This document shows, one piece after another, positions 50,801 to 64,000 of a stretch of DNA of 64,000 nt. The first letter of the stretch is position 1, and each line of letters begins with the position of its first letter. A program made the position numbers and the translations under genes. The notes below the pieces were generated by a model. That model was not told the DNA's origin and did no database searches. It saw nothing but the letters and a program-made list of their open reading frames with translations. Source of the DNA: Convolutriloba macropyga (lineage: Eukaryota); contig NC_134470.1 in the NCBI RefSeq assembly GCF_964194025.1, forward strand, positions 24,552,001-24,616,000, read 5' to 3'.

Positions 50801-53800
50801 AGCAGATTCAAATTGTTTTCTAAGATCTCTTCCCAGGAAAGTTCAATGTCTCGGTTATCTGGTGATGATTAGGTCTGGGTATTGTTGATGCTCGTACTTG
50901 TGTTCGTATTCGGCGTTGATTGAGTTCTGAATGTTACTTGGGGAGTTTGCGGGGAGGCTGAGGGGTTGATTTGAGAGGACTCATTAGCAGACATTGTGAT
51001 ATGATTTACTTTGTTATCAAGATTAGCGGCTGAATTGAACTTTGAATTGTTTGACTGGATTTGCGAAGCAAGGGCAGTATTAATTTTGAGTAAGTGATTT
51101 GACATTTAAAGCTTGAAATGATTTTTGGATTGTAATTATTTACTTTTGCTGTGATTTTGAGTGAGTTATTTGAGGCATTTGGAGTATGTGCGATGCTTTT
51201 AGCAACATTGCAAGAGTGGACGCGCGTCTTGTTTACTTGTAATTGACATTTGCTGTTATTGTGCTGCTTTTGGAATGGAATTGTATTTGAGGGACTAAAT
51301 AAAGTTAAAATTGAGTCGCGAATGTGGGAAATTGTAGCTACCATAAATTCCTCGTCATATTGAGTGATGCTTTTTGCTTTCTGATTTGGTTGGCGCGAAA
51401 GATAATCAACTAATCCCATTCTAGTGCCAGGAATATGTTCTATATTAAAGTCAAAGGGTATCATACGATCAATCTACCGTGTTAATCGACTATTATAGGA
51501 TTTGTTTGAACGATGAGATTTTAAAACTGAAAGGAGTGCTCTATGATCTGTCAAGACTGTAAAAATTTTTCCAAAAAGATAATATTTAAAATATTCGATG
51601 GCCCAAACCACACGAAGCAATTCTTGTTCATTAATATCTAACGTTCTTCATTGCTATTAAGAAAACGAGATGCAAAAGCCACCGTTTTCCACCCCTCACA
51701 ATTCAATTGCTCAAGTGCGGCGCCTAGACCTTGACGAGATGCATCGCATTTGACTCGCGTTTCCAATGTCCGATTGAAATGAGTGTTTTTCGTAGCGTTT
51801 GCAATTGTAGTTTTAATATGTTCAAAATGAGTTTGGTAATTTTCAGTCCAAAATATTATTCATTTTTCTTTAAAAAATGCCGAAGGGTGTGACAAATTTG
51901 TGTCAGATTGGGTATAAATTTGCTTAAATGATGAACACTACCTAAGAATGACCGTAGTTGTTTCAAAATTTTTGGAGCCTTGATTTCTGCTATTGCTGCT
52001 GTTTTCGATTCTATAGGTTTAACACCATTTTTGGAGAATGTGAAACCAAGCCAGTTTATCTGGTGTTTTGCAAAATGACATTTGCTTAAGTTTATTCGGA
52101 GATTAAGGGCGTCAAGTTTTTGTAAACATTTGTAGACGTATTTGATATGCGATTCCTCACTACCTTTGCTAACTACAATTATGTCGTCAAGGTAACAATA
52201 TGTATTAGTCAAACCAACAATGTGTAATCCATGGCCTTTTGATGCTCTGCCGGCATATCCGTCAGACGGTAAAACCCCGTTTTAAAACGATACGTATCAG
52301 TCGAGTCACCACAAATAATATTGAAATTACAATGGCGAGAGGTATCCGGATGTAATTTTAGTTGGCTATACGCATATTTTAAATCAATTGTTGAAAAATA
52401 AACATTATCACCTTGATTGGAATCGTTGATGTGTTGTGAAATGGAATCGATAAGACTATCTATGTTCGGCATTTGATACTTATTTTTATGAATTGCTTTA
52501 TTCAAAACTTTTGAATCAAGAGCTAATTTAGGCGATTTGTCCTTCTTAACCGTGATTACGATTGGGGAAATAAAGTTTTTATCGGAGATTTCCTGTATCT
52601 TTTCGATATGTCCTTGGTCCGAGAGTTTCTTCAATTCATCGGATACTTTGTGTAAAAATTTTATAGGAACACGACGACCTTTTTGGCGTGATGGGGTATA
52701 ATTTTTATGAAATTTTGAGCGAACTGTATGTAATTCTGACTTACCAATTCTGGAGATTAAATCAGGAAAATCAGTGTCAATTTGTTTTTCGATTGCACAG
52801 TGGTCTTGTTCTACCTGATTAACTGTCTTCGGGCTATTATATTGCTGAATTGAAAGTCCGAGGGCAGGGAACAAATCTCTACCCAATAGCGAACGATGAC
52901 CATCTGTCACAACTTGAATTTCAATTGGATTCGCGTCACAATTGTTACTTTGAATGGCGTTTGTAGAATACCTAGCGTTTGAATGAGTGTGTTAGAGAAA
53001 ACTTTCAATTGTTTGGGAGCTGCCTCACGTATCCATTCTGAATTTGAGTCTTGGGAGAAGATAGAATATGCCAGCGTTTCATTTATTATCGTGCAAACAC
53101 TACCGGAATCAACCAAAATACTTATTGCTGTATTTCCGAGTACCACAGGGAGGTTGATTGCTTCTATAGGAGTTTTAGGATCTGCTGAAGATACTGATGC
53201 AACACAATTATTGTCCTCCGATTCCAAATCAGGATCAAAATCAGCCGAAATTTGATTGACATCATCAGCCTGATCATCCTTTTCGACAATTTTGACCCGT
53301 GGTTTGGGTTTTGGATGTGAACCTGGATCCTTGGGTTTTTGGCAGACCTTTGCGAAGTGATTTTCAATGCACAGTTATTGCATTTCTTACCACGTGCAGG
53401 ACATTTATTACGATGTTCCGAAGTCCAATTCATTCCACAAAAATGGCAAGTTGTAGGCTTTTTCCGGGCAGTGGTGTTCATATTTGATAAGGGGGTAGCA
53501 TTTGCAATGCCCATCCGTTGTACATGATTGACTGTGGAATTGCGTTCGGATTTAATTGCATTCATTTTAAGTTGATTGAGGGTGCCCATTTCGATGTTCA
53601 TTGCGATTGCCAAAGCTTTATCGGGTTCCACCATTTCTTTTAGAAGCTCTTTTTGAATATCTTTTTTTTGCATGTTTGCAATGAAAACGTCTCTGATAAT
53701 GGTATCTCCTCTTTCTCCCAGGTCACAGTTTTCAGAAAGTTCTTTGTGTTGACCGTAGAATTTTTCAATCGGTTCCCCCTTTTGTTGTTTTCGCGTAAGA

Positions 53801-54732
53801 AAGAGATATCGATCAAAAGTTATATTCGAACTCGAATGAAAGTTTTGTTTAAGATATCCCAGATATTCCATGTTGAAATTTCGTCTAAATTAACAGTCGA
53901 ATTTTTTCAATTGAAAACTCGTCGTCCTTTTTTTCCGAGACTCAAGTACATCAATGAGGATGCTTTCCGATCGCAAGTTTTCCAAGAACTGTCTCCGCAT
54001 AGTACGCTCATAGCTTCAATGCGTAGGCAGTGTTTTTTCCACGCCGTCTTTGCTTGTTCGTTAGCTGTAAGTCGATCTCGTTCCGATTGTGCTGTAGGAT
54101 TTTCAACCGCGCATCTTCGTAAGCTGGTTCAGGAGGTAGAACAACATGCTCTGGAGGGTCGGCGAAGAGAAGGTCCACTACATTCCCTTCAAGCAAGATT
54201 CGCAAGTTTGAGTTGTGTTCTCCAATACTCCCAACGAAGAGGGGGCTCTAGAGTTGCTTTGTCCCAAAAGGGTTGAATTCCGAGTGGAGATTTGCCACTG
54301 TCCTTCATTGCTGACTGCGCCATGTTATAGCTGAGAGTAGCTAATTGAATTGTATTAATATCGCAAATACACTGTCTTAAATCTACCATGGAATCGCGAG
54401 GCGAATCCGCAATTATGTGCGTTTCACTGAATTTACTAAATTGGATCGCTAGGCGAATCCAGACTAGTTTTATCTTGTGTAAATGAAGAGCGATTGCAGA
54501 GACAACTTGAATTCAGAAGATTAATCGAGATTATGATTACTAACATAAAATAGTGTGAACAAACTTTGAAATAGTTTAGTAGATTAGTGGGAATATAATT
54601 ATATGTGAACAATAAAAGTCATCATAACCTTAGTTATAAAATGCACGATATAAATATTAAAATAGATGGTAATTTAAAAATTTAGTACACGTAAGAGTTT
54701 CGATATATGTTTATGTATCCGTAGGTATCACA
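47898..54732 (-). mobile_element. Full-length but frameshifted Gypsy/Ty3 LTR retrotransposon; LTRs 47898-48304 and 54323-54732
   Basis: TG...CA LTRs of ~410 bp; 5-bp TSD CGGTT/CTGTT (1 mismatch); PBS TGGCGCAGTC next to the 5' LTR; PPT next to the 3' LTR; domain order gag(CCHC)-PR(LVDSGS)-RT(YLDD)-RH-INT. Confidence 0.97.
48952..54324 (-). pseudogene. Disrupted gag-pol polyprotein
   Basis: ORF fragments 53164-53871 (gag), 52907-53227 (protease), 52209-52910 and 51856-52212 (RT), 50362-50811 (integrase H-H-C-C zinc finger), 49659-50102 (integrase core end). Confidence 0.92.
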
Positions 54733-56784
54733 CTGTTTTAGTTTCTCAACTTTTTGAGATGATTTGGTTTGTGTTTTGGCTGGAATTGTTCCATTGTTAA
54801 GCTTGTAAAGTACAGTGCTTGTAAGTTTTCATTCATTTCTCTGGATTGTAATTCAGGTCCTGTCCTGCTATGTTTTCTTTTAAGATCTGTTCATAGACGT
54901 CCAATTAGAATAGCGATTTTTATCACGCCAAAACGGGAAGTGGAGCAAAAAAGCAAGCAGTTTTGTGGAATGAAATTTTTCACTCTATTTTTAAAGTAGA
55001 GTTGAAAGCGGTGTTTGAACAAGAATTCGCTTTCTCACTAGCGGTATTTTGTTCACACGCGGCAATTTCACTTGGGTTGTTACTGAGTTTTTAATTTTGT
55101 TTAGATCGGAATTCTTCTAAATGGTTTTCTTAATTCATTTATAGGTCATTCTGGTCCTAGTTTTTTGTTTAAACCATTTTTTTCCCGTTAAAGGAATTTT
55201 GATTTAAAAATTCAGCTTCTTTAAAAAACTTTTTGACCTGATTTTTTTGGAATTTTATTTCTCAACTGAATCATAGTCCATTCTAGGTCTAAATTTTGTT
55301 TAATCAATGGCAATTCTATAAATTGTACGTCAGGATTAGTCCTGCTATGTTTTTTTTTTACTTCACCGTACTATAATTTTTTTTCGCTTGTCCTAAGTTC
55401 AAAGCTTGTTAAACATTTTGCGTGAAATCTTTTTGAATTCTCTAGGCTAGTTTTACTCATGTCGCATATTGTTGAAAGTAATTTTATACAGCAGATGCTC
55501 AGCAAAGCAATTAAATATTAACAGAGTCAGTATCAAAAAACCAATTTAGATATAGAAAAGCGATAATGCCGTAAAGACAAACTTTAGATGCCCGTTACTA
55601 GAACTTTGTTCTTATTTACCATCTCTAACGCTTATTGGTATTGAACTAGCCCCTGTGTTATATTGAGAGATTGGATTATAAGCTGTTGACATCAAGTATT
55701 TTTTATGAACTAAAAATAAATTGCTCAGATTTGTTTTCATTTATTTTTGTTTGTTTTTCTGTATACATTGTGTTCTCCATTAAAGTTTTTAAAGATGAGA
55801 TTTGTTTTCAACAATAGTTGTTGAAAAATTTATAAATTAGACCAGATTTAATCTTTTTAAAATTTTTTGTGACTTTGAGCCTTTAATAAACAAACAAAAT
55901 TTGTTTCAAAAATCAGCAGACTGATAAGTGTTGTGAAGTTTGCTTAATTTCATAACATTTTTTAAAATCTGGAAGTTAATATAAACCACCAGCACCAGGT
56001 CAGCCATTGGCTTAAATACAGCTGTGATTTCGTTAAAAAGCACTTCTTAATTTTAGTTTCCTCAACCCCAAGTAGTTTGTTTAAGAGGTGTGCTTTGTTT
56101 AGCGCGTTTGCCATGCCTTGCGGCCACGGCCATGTCTTAGCGGCCTGTGGAATTTGATTTGAAACAACCCCACATATTATCGCAACCACAAAATGACTTT
56201 AGAATGTGTGTTTATTTCCCTCTGGGTTCAATTCCGCGTGGTTTTACTTCCTTGGGCTTTTATTTCCTATATAAAAATAGGTGGCGTTTTTCTTCGGCAG
56301 TTTAATTATTTGACCATTCAGCTGAGAGTAGTCAATCGCTGATGTAGAAAATATTCTTAAACTGTTAGCAAGGGTTGACTTCTTGGAGTCCAAATTTCAG
56401 CTGAGCAGACAAATTTGACAAAAGCTTTTTTCGAGAACTAATATCTGGGTTTTACTGTAAGAAAAATTTGGCTCAATTTAGAGTCAATTTAAACGTAACA
56501 AAGCTTCGTGCTCGGTTTGAACGAAAGAAGGTTTCAGTGAGTTTGCTTGTTTTTGTACGGTCATTTTTAAAAATAGAACCTTTTGGGTGTGTTTACTTTG
56601 AAAATTTTGCTATGTTTGCTTTGAGAACTTAAGCAAGTGCAAATATGCTCAAATTGAAAATTACAAAAAAAACTGCGATACACAGTGCCAGCATACACAA
56701 AATTTGATTTGAGATAGCATTCAGGTAATTTCTGGTAAAATTTTATAGTAAGATTACGATCTGCACTTGAAAAAATTTAGCTCG

Positions 56785-56855
56785 GCCCATGAAAAGATCC
56801 TACTCGACACTAATTTGCTATGAAAAGACCTTAGATGGACCCATGAAAAGACTTT
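56785..56855 (+). repeat. Relic of the 1-2090 satellite motif
   Basis: CCCATGAAAAGA, GCTATGAAAAGACC and GACCCATGAAAAGACTTT. Confidence 0.6.
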
Positions 56856-56895
56856 ACCTCAACTTCAACTCAATACTGGACCATTTGTTATAGTC

Positions 56896-59800
56896 AACAA
56901 GGAGGCTCGGTAATGTGCGTTCGCACATTAAGTTCCGACCCCGCTCATCTACATTTTTCGCTTAACTGTCTACCAAATGAGGAAGAGATAAAAAAAATTA
57001 AAATATCAATATATCGTTCAGCAAACTACTAAAAAATAAAACAATCTACTCGAGAGAGCCTATGAGACCTGTGGCTACCATAATATGACTACCGAAAAAG
57101 ACGGCAATAAAAATCAAATAGTTACAAATATTAATTACGACCAAAACTCCTTGTCCATTTTCTGAAAACCACTAATAACCAAATCAAAACGGCATCAGTT
57201 AAAATTTATACTTAAAAGATCAACCGGTACTTTCGGTAACAAGTTAAGCGACTTTTCCACGATGTGACTTGGCAACAAGTCGACTAGAAATGAGCAAAAG
57301 CGGTAAAAGTTTGTTAAAACTTTGCTTTTTTTAAAAAAAGAATTAAAATCGAACGAAATTTTAGAAACATTACGCATCAAATGAAATCCTTGAGAGAGTC
57401 TTTGTACCTCAATAGAGAGCGACTGAGCCTTTTCATTATCCAAGGCATGTGATACGACTACAAAAAGAACGAAAAATACAGGCAAAAGGGAAAAGTTGGC
57501 ATGAAAAATTATGCACGATGTCCCCCCAATCAATTAAATATTAAGCTGATCACTAAAAACAAAAAATCTTCGTTTGCATTTCCGCAGTTGGCAACATTTG
57601 TAACTGACAACAAATGACGCCCATTATTGTGATACTGTGAAAAGAAAACAAAAACCTACAAAAAGGGACAAATTTGCAAAAATCACGAAAAATGTTTTTA
57701 TGAAAATTGGTTGTTGCAAGAAGAAAGACATTTGAGAAAGAAAACGTTATGAAGAGCAAATTGTTTTTGAAAAGATAAATGATGTGAATTGTATATATAC
57801 ATGCTTAGCTGCAATTTAAAAGAAATAAAAATGGCAGATCTCAAAAATCTATCTCTTTTTTTATTAAAAACATATATTTTCAAAACTCATAGCCGTCAAA
57901 AGCTTTCCTCTAAAAGAGTGGATAGTTTGTCTTGCAACTACTCAGAAAACTATTTGCGACTGTTTTAAATGAGACTAAATCATAAGACTTTTAAATAACA
58001 TTAAATACAAGCTGAACAAATAAGTTGCACAAACAACTTTACGAAATCACAGTTTTGAAGCCATTAAATTCATAAGCTATTGACCGTGAGAATATAACAT
58101 CATGAATTGGGTCTCCACTGATCATCATAACATCTTTCTGTAAAACGACTATCACAAAATGACAACAAAAAGAACCACAAACACTGAAAAGTATCTAAAC
58201 TTCACAAAATTCTTTTGAAACAAATTGTCTGAGCCCTGAAGACATCATTAAAAAAGTTTAAACAAAAGAAAAACTATTGTTTGATTCAAGAAAACATTAA
58301 AAAAACGCTAAATAATGAAGTTTTTTTACGAAAATGATACATCATTGTAATATATGAAAAAAAAACGCAAACCAGAACAAAAAGGGATAAATTGAAAAAA
58401 ACTATTACTCTTTTTGATAGAAAATTAAATCGAAAGTCAAAACAGCCATTAGTTATTTACCGATATCAGTTATTTAAGTTCACTTGTTCATCTATAGTTG
58501 GCCAATGAGACCTCTAATTACACAATATTTGGTATATGACAACAAAAATTAACAAATAAAGGGCAAAAAAAAACTTTGCCAATTTCTACAAGAGAACGGT
58601 GTCGCAGCCCTTCAAACCATATGTTATGAAAGCAAAAAATTATGTTCAGCTTCAAATGTTTTAAAATTTTCTCAGTTAGATTGTTAAAAAATGTGACAAT
58701 TTACAAAAGAAACAAAAACAACAGCAAAAAGTGGCAATTATGCACAAAAATCAGAAAATATATGAAAACTCGTAGTACCAAACGCAAGAAAACCGTCTGT
58801 TAAAACAATCGGCCAAAAAATTAGTTTTCTTTTCTTTAAGGAGGAAAGGTTGACCTGTACTTACTGAGAATAAGCAAAATGTTGATTAAAATAATATGAA
58901 AAATTGACAAGTTAAAAAAATCACAGAAATTTCCTTAAAACAAATACATTCAATAACATAAGAAACATTAGGTAACAAACGAATTGATAGAAAAGTTTCA
59001 CTTGCACTTCTCGAGGAAGACAAGTAGATCTTTGAGTGGTTAAACTTAAACATCATACTGCCAAAGAATAACAACGGAAGGCAAAAGACCATAATTCAGT
59101 TAAATTTTTATTAAAACTCTTCCTCAAAGCCATAAAAACCCTTTGATTCTCTGAAAACAAACTGTATCTACATTCGGCCTCAAATTTACGTATATTGGAG
59201 TTGTCATTAACAGAGCCGCGAATAAAAAATATTGTTAGTAATTAACAATAAAAAACAAAAGCAAAATATTTTGAAAAAAGGCAGCATAAAATTGAAAATA
59301 AAAAAGTCTCTGATTCTAAGAGTCCATGACATTATCAAACCTCTCCCTAATTTTGTCGCTCGCCCAGAAAACCAACCAAGCGTTCCAAGTGTTTGCGAAT
59401 TAGACCAATTGTTTAGTTGAATTCTTCAAATATTGAAATAAAAATGCATTTTGTATAATTAACGAGTTAAATCTGCACAAAACGGCAAAGTTTTAATTCC
59501 AGAAGACTTTCATACGACGCATTATTGCAAATAGTGCTCTTTTTGAGATTACGGAATCTGTGTTAAGGTTTCTAGGTCACTAAGTCTGGCAAATTTTAAC
59601 AAACTGAACCAAAAAAGCATATTTTGTGCCATTTTTGATGAAAAAAGTTTGAATTTTGAAAATTTTATCAAAAATTTTAGACAAAAAAACCTCATTCAAA
59701 CAATTCAGCAACGCACTTCTATCTCTAACGGTAACAACAACACTCTGTCGTTAAAAATTTTAACTCATTTTGAATTATATTAGCGAAATTGTACCCAATT

Positions 59801-60055
59801 TTAGCAAAAATTACTGAAAATGTGAACAAAAACAGTCGAATGTTCACAAATTTTTAAACCTCGATAACTCCCTGCAAAACACGAAAATCGAAAAAATCTT
59901 TTCTTAATTCCTTTTTCTACGCTGGACGGGCTTTTTAATGATTCCACTCACAATTCTTTACGATGAATATATCGTCGGCCAAAATTGACTGAACAAAAAA
60001 AACCCCAGTTGAGTATATAGTTCCTCCCTCCCCACTAAAGTGGGGGTCGGATCAA
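56896..60055 (-). mobile_element. HINE-like element, copy 3 (inverted, ~3.2 kb)
   Basis: AACAAGG end, hairpin TAATGTGCG-TT-CGCACATTA (56911-56930), GTTCCGACCC at 56932, GGGTCGGATC ending at 60053; internal similarity to copies 1 and 2. Confidence 0.75.
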
Positions 60056-60911
60056 TAAATCAACCCGCATCCCCCATTGAATTATAGACTTTTCAAGGGT
60101 TGGGGTCTGAACCTCGATGATGATTGCATTTCCACAGACGAAAACTCCTGTCGGCTAAAACTCCTTATTGATGTTTAATTTTGATGTTTTACAGCAAATT
60201 TTGCAATATTGCAAAGCTTTCAAAATTTTGTGGTTGTTTGATAACGAAAACCCTTGGATATGCACGTATATATTTATGACGTTATGTATAGCATGTTTAT
60301 GTTGCGTTTTGCCTAATTATGGCGGCGGGTATTTAACGCTGGTATTTTGATAGTCTAATTCCGATTGATTGCATCCTAAGCTATGTTTATTGTCTCTGTG
60401 TAGTCTGTTCTAAACTGATCAGAAAAACAGCTTTTGACTACAGTTCAATGTTGACAACAGGTCTATTTGGTTATAATACGTCTACAATTGTGTCTTCAAA
60501 AGTGAATCCAGTTGCAAATATTCATTCGATAAAACTTGTCTAATTATAGGACGACTATGATAAAACTGAATGATTTGATATCTAACTGTAATTGGGAGTA
60601 TTTTGATTTGAATTTAAACTTTAAATAAGTTTGGCTACAGTGTGCGTGAAATCTTTAGTTTGTTTGTTCTCTTGCTGAACTCAAAGAGCCAATGACGACG
60701 CTGGCAAACACACACAAATTTGTCGTTTCTTTGACACCATTTTCAGTCGATTGAGTGCTGGATGAGGATTCAAATCTTAATACATTTTTAACTTTGTATT
60801 TGACAACATTTTCGTTGCTTCTATTTGACTAAGGAATATGAAATCAGAATGAACTGCGAATGAGCGCTTATAGTAAAATTCAATAATCTAGATTCAATTC
60901 GGTGGGGAAAA

Positions 60912-61023
60912 ATGAGGCAACTTGGGACATTTGGGTCCAAAATGTGGAAGAACAAGCAAGGAATTCTGGCCATGTTTGGAGTTACACTTCTGTTGGCTGT
61001 CTTTGGCACATGCTACTCATCAG
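60912..61023 (+). CDS. Probable first coding exon of a second OFA-like MFS transporter
   Basis: KQGILAMFGVTLLLAVFGTCYSSG resembles TM1 of animal OFA-like transporters (G.LA..G.......G..Y..G); possible donor GTATCA at 61024. Confidence 0.45.
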
Positions 61024-64000
61024 GTATCAACTACATCAAGTATTTTCGTCAGACCTACGATGAAAATTTTTTGGTTTTAAACTTCAGAACATTCTACCAT
61101 GGACTGTATCGTCCATGTTAAATAAATCAAATTGAAGTAGTTAAATTGTTTCCTCTGTTATGGACCTATATTTATGGCTGGGACCCAAACAATTGAAATT
61201 ATCTTTTTTTAGGTTTCAAATACAAAATTTTTCCTTGGTGTTTTTCATCGCATCGCATTTTTTCATCACATTTTTTCATTGCATCGCATTTTTAACTTTT
61301 TCATTCTCAATTTCTAAGATCGCAGCCAGTTATTTAAAGTTTTCTCAATCAGTATTATTTTATATTCTTCACTCTTGTCCGCATCTATAGTCAATTTTTG
61401 AGATTCCGAGAATTTTCGGAGTCTTCATAAACTTCTCAAATTGTTTTTGAAAAGTAAAAAAAACGGCCTTTTGCTTACATAATATGCATCTCAATCCTGA
61501 AATCCTTAGTATGAAAGCGTAAACTACTCAAAACTAAATTGACTGACACCAATTATTAAAGAAGTGTAAATGTGTTCACTATGCTATATTTCCCGTCTGT
61601 ATTCTTCGTTTTCTCCCATTTGATTACTTTTACAGCACAAAACTTAGGTACATCATTTTGCAAAGACTGATTTTATAAGGTATCGAAATCTTACTTTTTA
61701 AACATACTCTTTTGCTACCAAGAAACTTTTATTTTATGAACAAAATGACAGTTTTGGTATTTTTGAATAAAACACTGATTGAAGCTATGAAAACACCAAT
61801 TCCCATCAGTTATATTATTTCGAATCAAAAATAACATAACTCTCATTATATTCTTACAGTAAAAGTTTATTGGAATCAAAATAGTATAACATCGATGACA
61901 GTAAACCTACAAATTTTACGGAGCTACAGAAGAATTTTATTTTTTTTCTTCTCTTGTTGCGACTTTAATCTCTGGAAAAAATATGAAATTTCCGATGAAT
62001 TAATGTTGCGCTATTAATCCTTTAAAAAGCAAAAACAGATTGTGATTTATTTTATTCATTTTTATATGAGAATTTCATTTTTTTTCTATTTAGTTGGAAA
62101 AGTTTTATTAGAAAAATGTGAGTACAGCAAAAAACACCTCAGAAGACTGATCTTCTGGACATAAAGTTGGAAGGTTGGCTATTAGATATTGTTTCAACCT
62201 TCATAGTAAAAAAAGTTTAATGCAATATTGTTTTTGTTTTATAATCATACAGCTTCTTTTGGCAAGTTCAACACCCTTCAGCTTTCGTGCTGTATTCCTA
62301 TGAAACGTGACATGATCATGCTGTTTGTCTATTCTTGCTTAATCAAGCTAGCTTATCAAAAATCCCACTTTTAGTTTCTTTAATTTGGCACGGATTAACC
62401 GAATAACTAACAGAAATTATAAGTTATTGCTCCCAAAACATACCTAGGAAAAATTGCCAATTGCTAATGTATGTTCCTTTAACTAATTGTATATATCGAA
62501 ACACAAAGTTTTCGAGATGATTTCATCTAAGTTTTCTGAGATATCAAGAAAAGTTGCTAACTTACTTATTGTTCTTTGAGTTCTGGCAAACTTAAGTGAT
62601 CCAAGAAGAGCGAAAACGCTATATGAACCACGAAAAGCATAGAAAAACCTCCTTTTTATGTCTGATTGAAAAAATGAAATTGAAAGCCCCAGTTTTTCAA
62701 ACGCTTAGCTCGAACCCTTAACGCATTCAACAATCTTTCCTATAAAATGGCACTAAAAATTTTTTCGACCTTCATTGCACTAATTTTTTTGGCCATTAGT
62801 GAGATTTCATTCACGTTTAAAAAAATGAGTAAATTAGATGTCATATGCGCTGGAGCAATTTAAAAGAAGTTAGATTCAGAAATTAATTGCACCTAAAGTG
62901 CCAAAAATAGCCTTAATATATAGGAACTGAGCAAAAGACGCACAGAAAAAAAACGAAAAAATGTCACAAAGTTAGTTTGTTTTCCATTTGAAAAATTATA
63001 AATTTCTGAACATTAAAACGTTTGTGCTCAATTGCAGTCGAGCAGCGTTAGGGTTTTCGTCTTCATTGCTTAAACAGTATCAGTTTTTAACTATCCGTTT
63101 CCATTATTCCCCATATACTAGACTAAATTGGTAAGCAAACATTCTCTTTCTGGTGAAGACGACAATTTTTCGTCTGAAACAATAACGTGGTTAGATGTTT
63201 GCAGCCGCGATTAGTCAGGAACTACTTAACGTGGAGCAATGCCTAAGAGAGAGTTCATCTCCACTAATGAGAGTTCGTTTGAAGGCATAGATTTTTTAAA
63301 AGAACTTAAACTTGCTGTTTAACGCGAACTCGGGCTAGAAAATATGACCCTAGTTTAACAGCATAGTTCGTACTGCTTGCACTATCGATGTGTGAAGTTT
63401 GCATCTATTACCTTATGAACCAGCAATTTTTGCCAAAGATTTTGGCGTTATTTTTCTTTTTTTAGGTTTTTTAAGGAGCGCTAAGATTTGTTCAGATAGC
63501 GAGCTTCTGTATGGTGGCATACCGCCTCTAAAAACGCATTTACTACGTTGCTCTCCGTATTTACGGAGCGTTAAAACATGCGGAGATTAGATGCCTAAAA
63601 CATGGCGACACAGGAATTGAAATAGAATTAATAGGTAGGTAGATAGATAGTAAGAAAAAATTACTATAACAAAGAAAAATAAAAAAGAAAAAAATAGAAA
63701 GAATCACAACCAGACAAGTATCGCTAAAAAACAACACTTACGCATTTAACAGGCCAAAAAAGGTGCCATTTTTGGCTCAAATCTTCGCGCACACCTGTTT
63801 CCCGCACGAAACAACCATATGTCTTATCCGTTACGCTACCCATGCGCATTGATCTCGTCTATTGCCCTTTCTATATCCTCATTTTTTCGGTCAATAGATT
63901 GTTTGACTCTCTGGTGTTGGCTCTGCGACGGCTTAATGAGTGCTAAACATTTGCAGATTAGGAGCTTAAACATGGCGGTTTAGGACGTCACATAACGCTT

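Overview
AT-rich, repeat-dense eukaryotic (most likely invertebrate animal) genomic DNA with GT-AG introns and two assembly gaps (7264-7463, 15491-15760). Host genes are sparse: two fibronectin-III-like exons (2292-2519, 7020-7201), four exons encoding the C-terminal half of an oxalate:formate-antiporter-like MFS transporter (21908-33216), and a probable first exon of a second MFS gene (~60912). The rest is mobile DNA: an 86-bp satellite, CCC...GGG-ended non-autonomous DNA elements, three Helentron-type (HINE-like) elements, two Gypsy LTR elements and one BEL/Pao LTR element. The standout is a large CACTA/EnSpm (CMC)-type transposon region (~7.5-15.2 kb, possibly to 19.0 kb). Its transposase appears to be N-terminally fused to a Suv4-20/KMT5-like (H4K20) SET methyltransferase: removing one base from each of two homopolymer runs gives a single 983-aa ORF. 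Upstream lie two paralogous, intron-containing genes ending in BEN-like domains, and downstream lie arrays of palindromic repeats. All family assignments come from motif recognition by eye; no database search was run.
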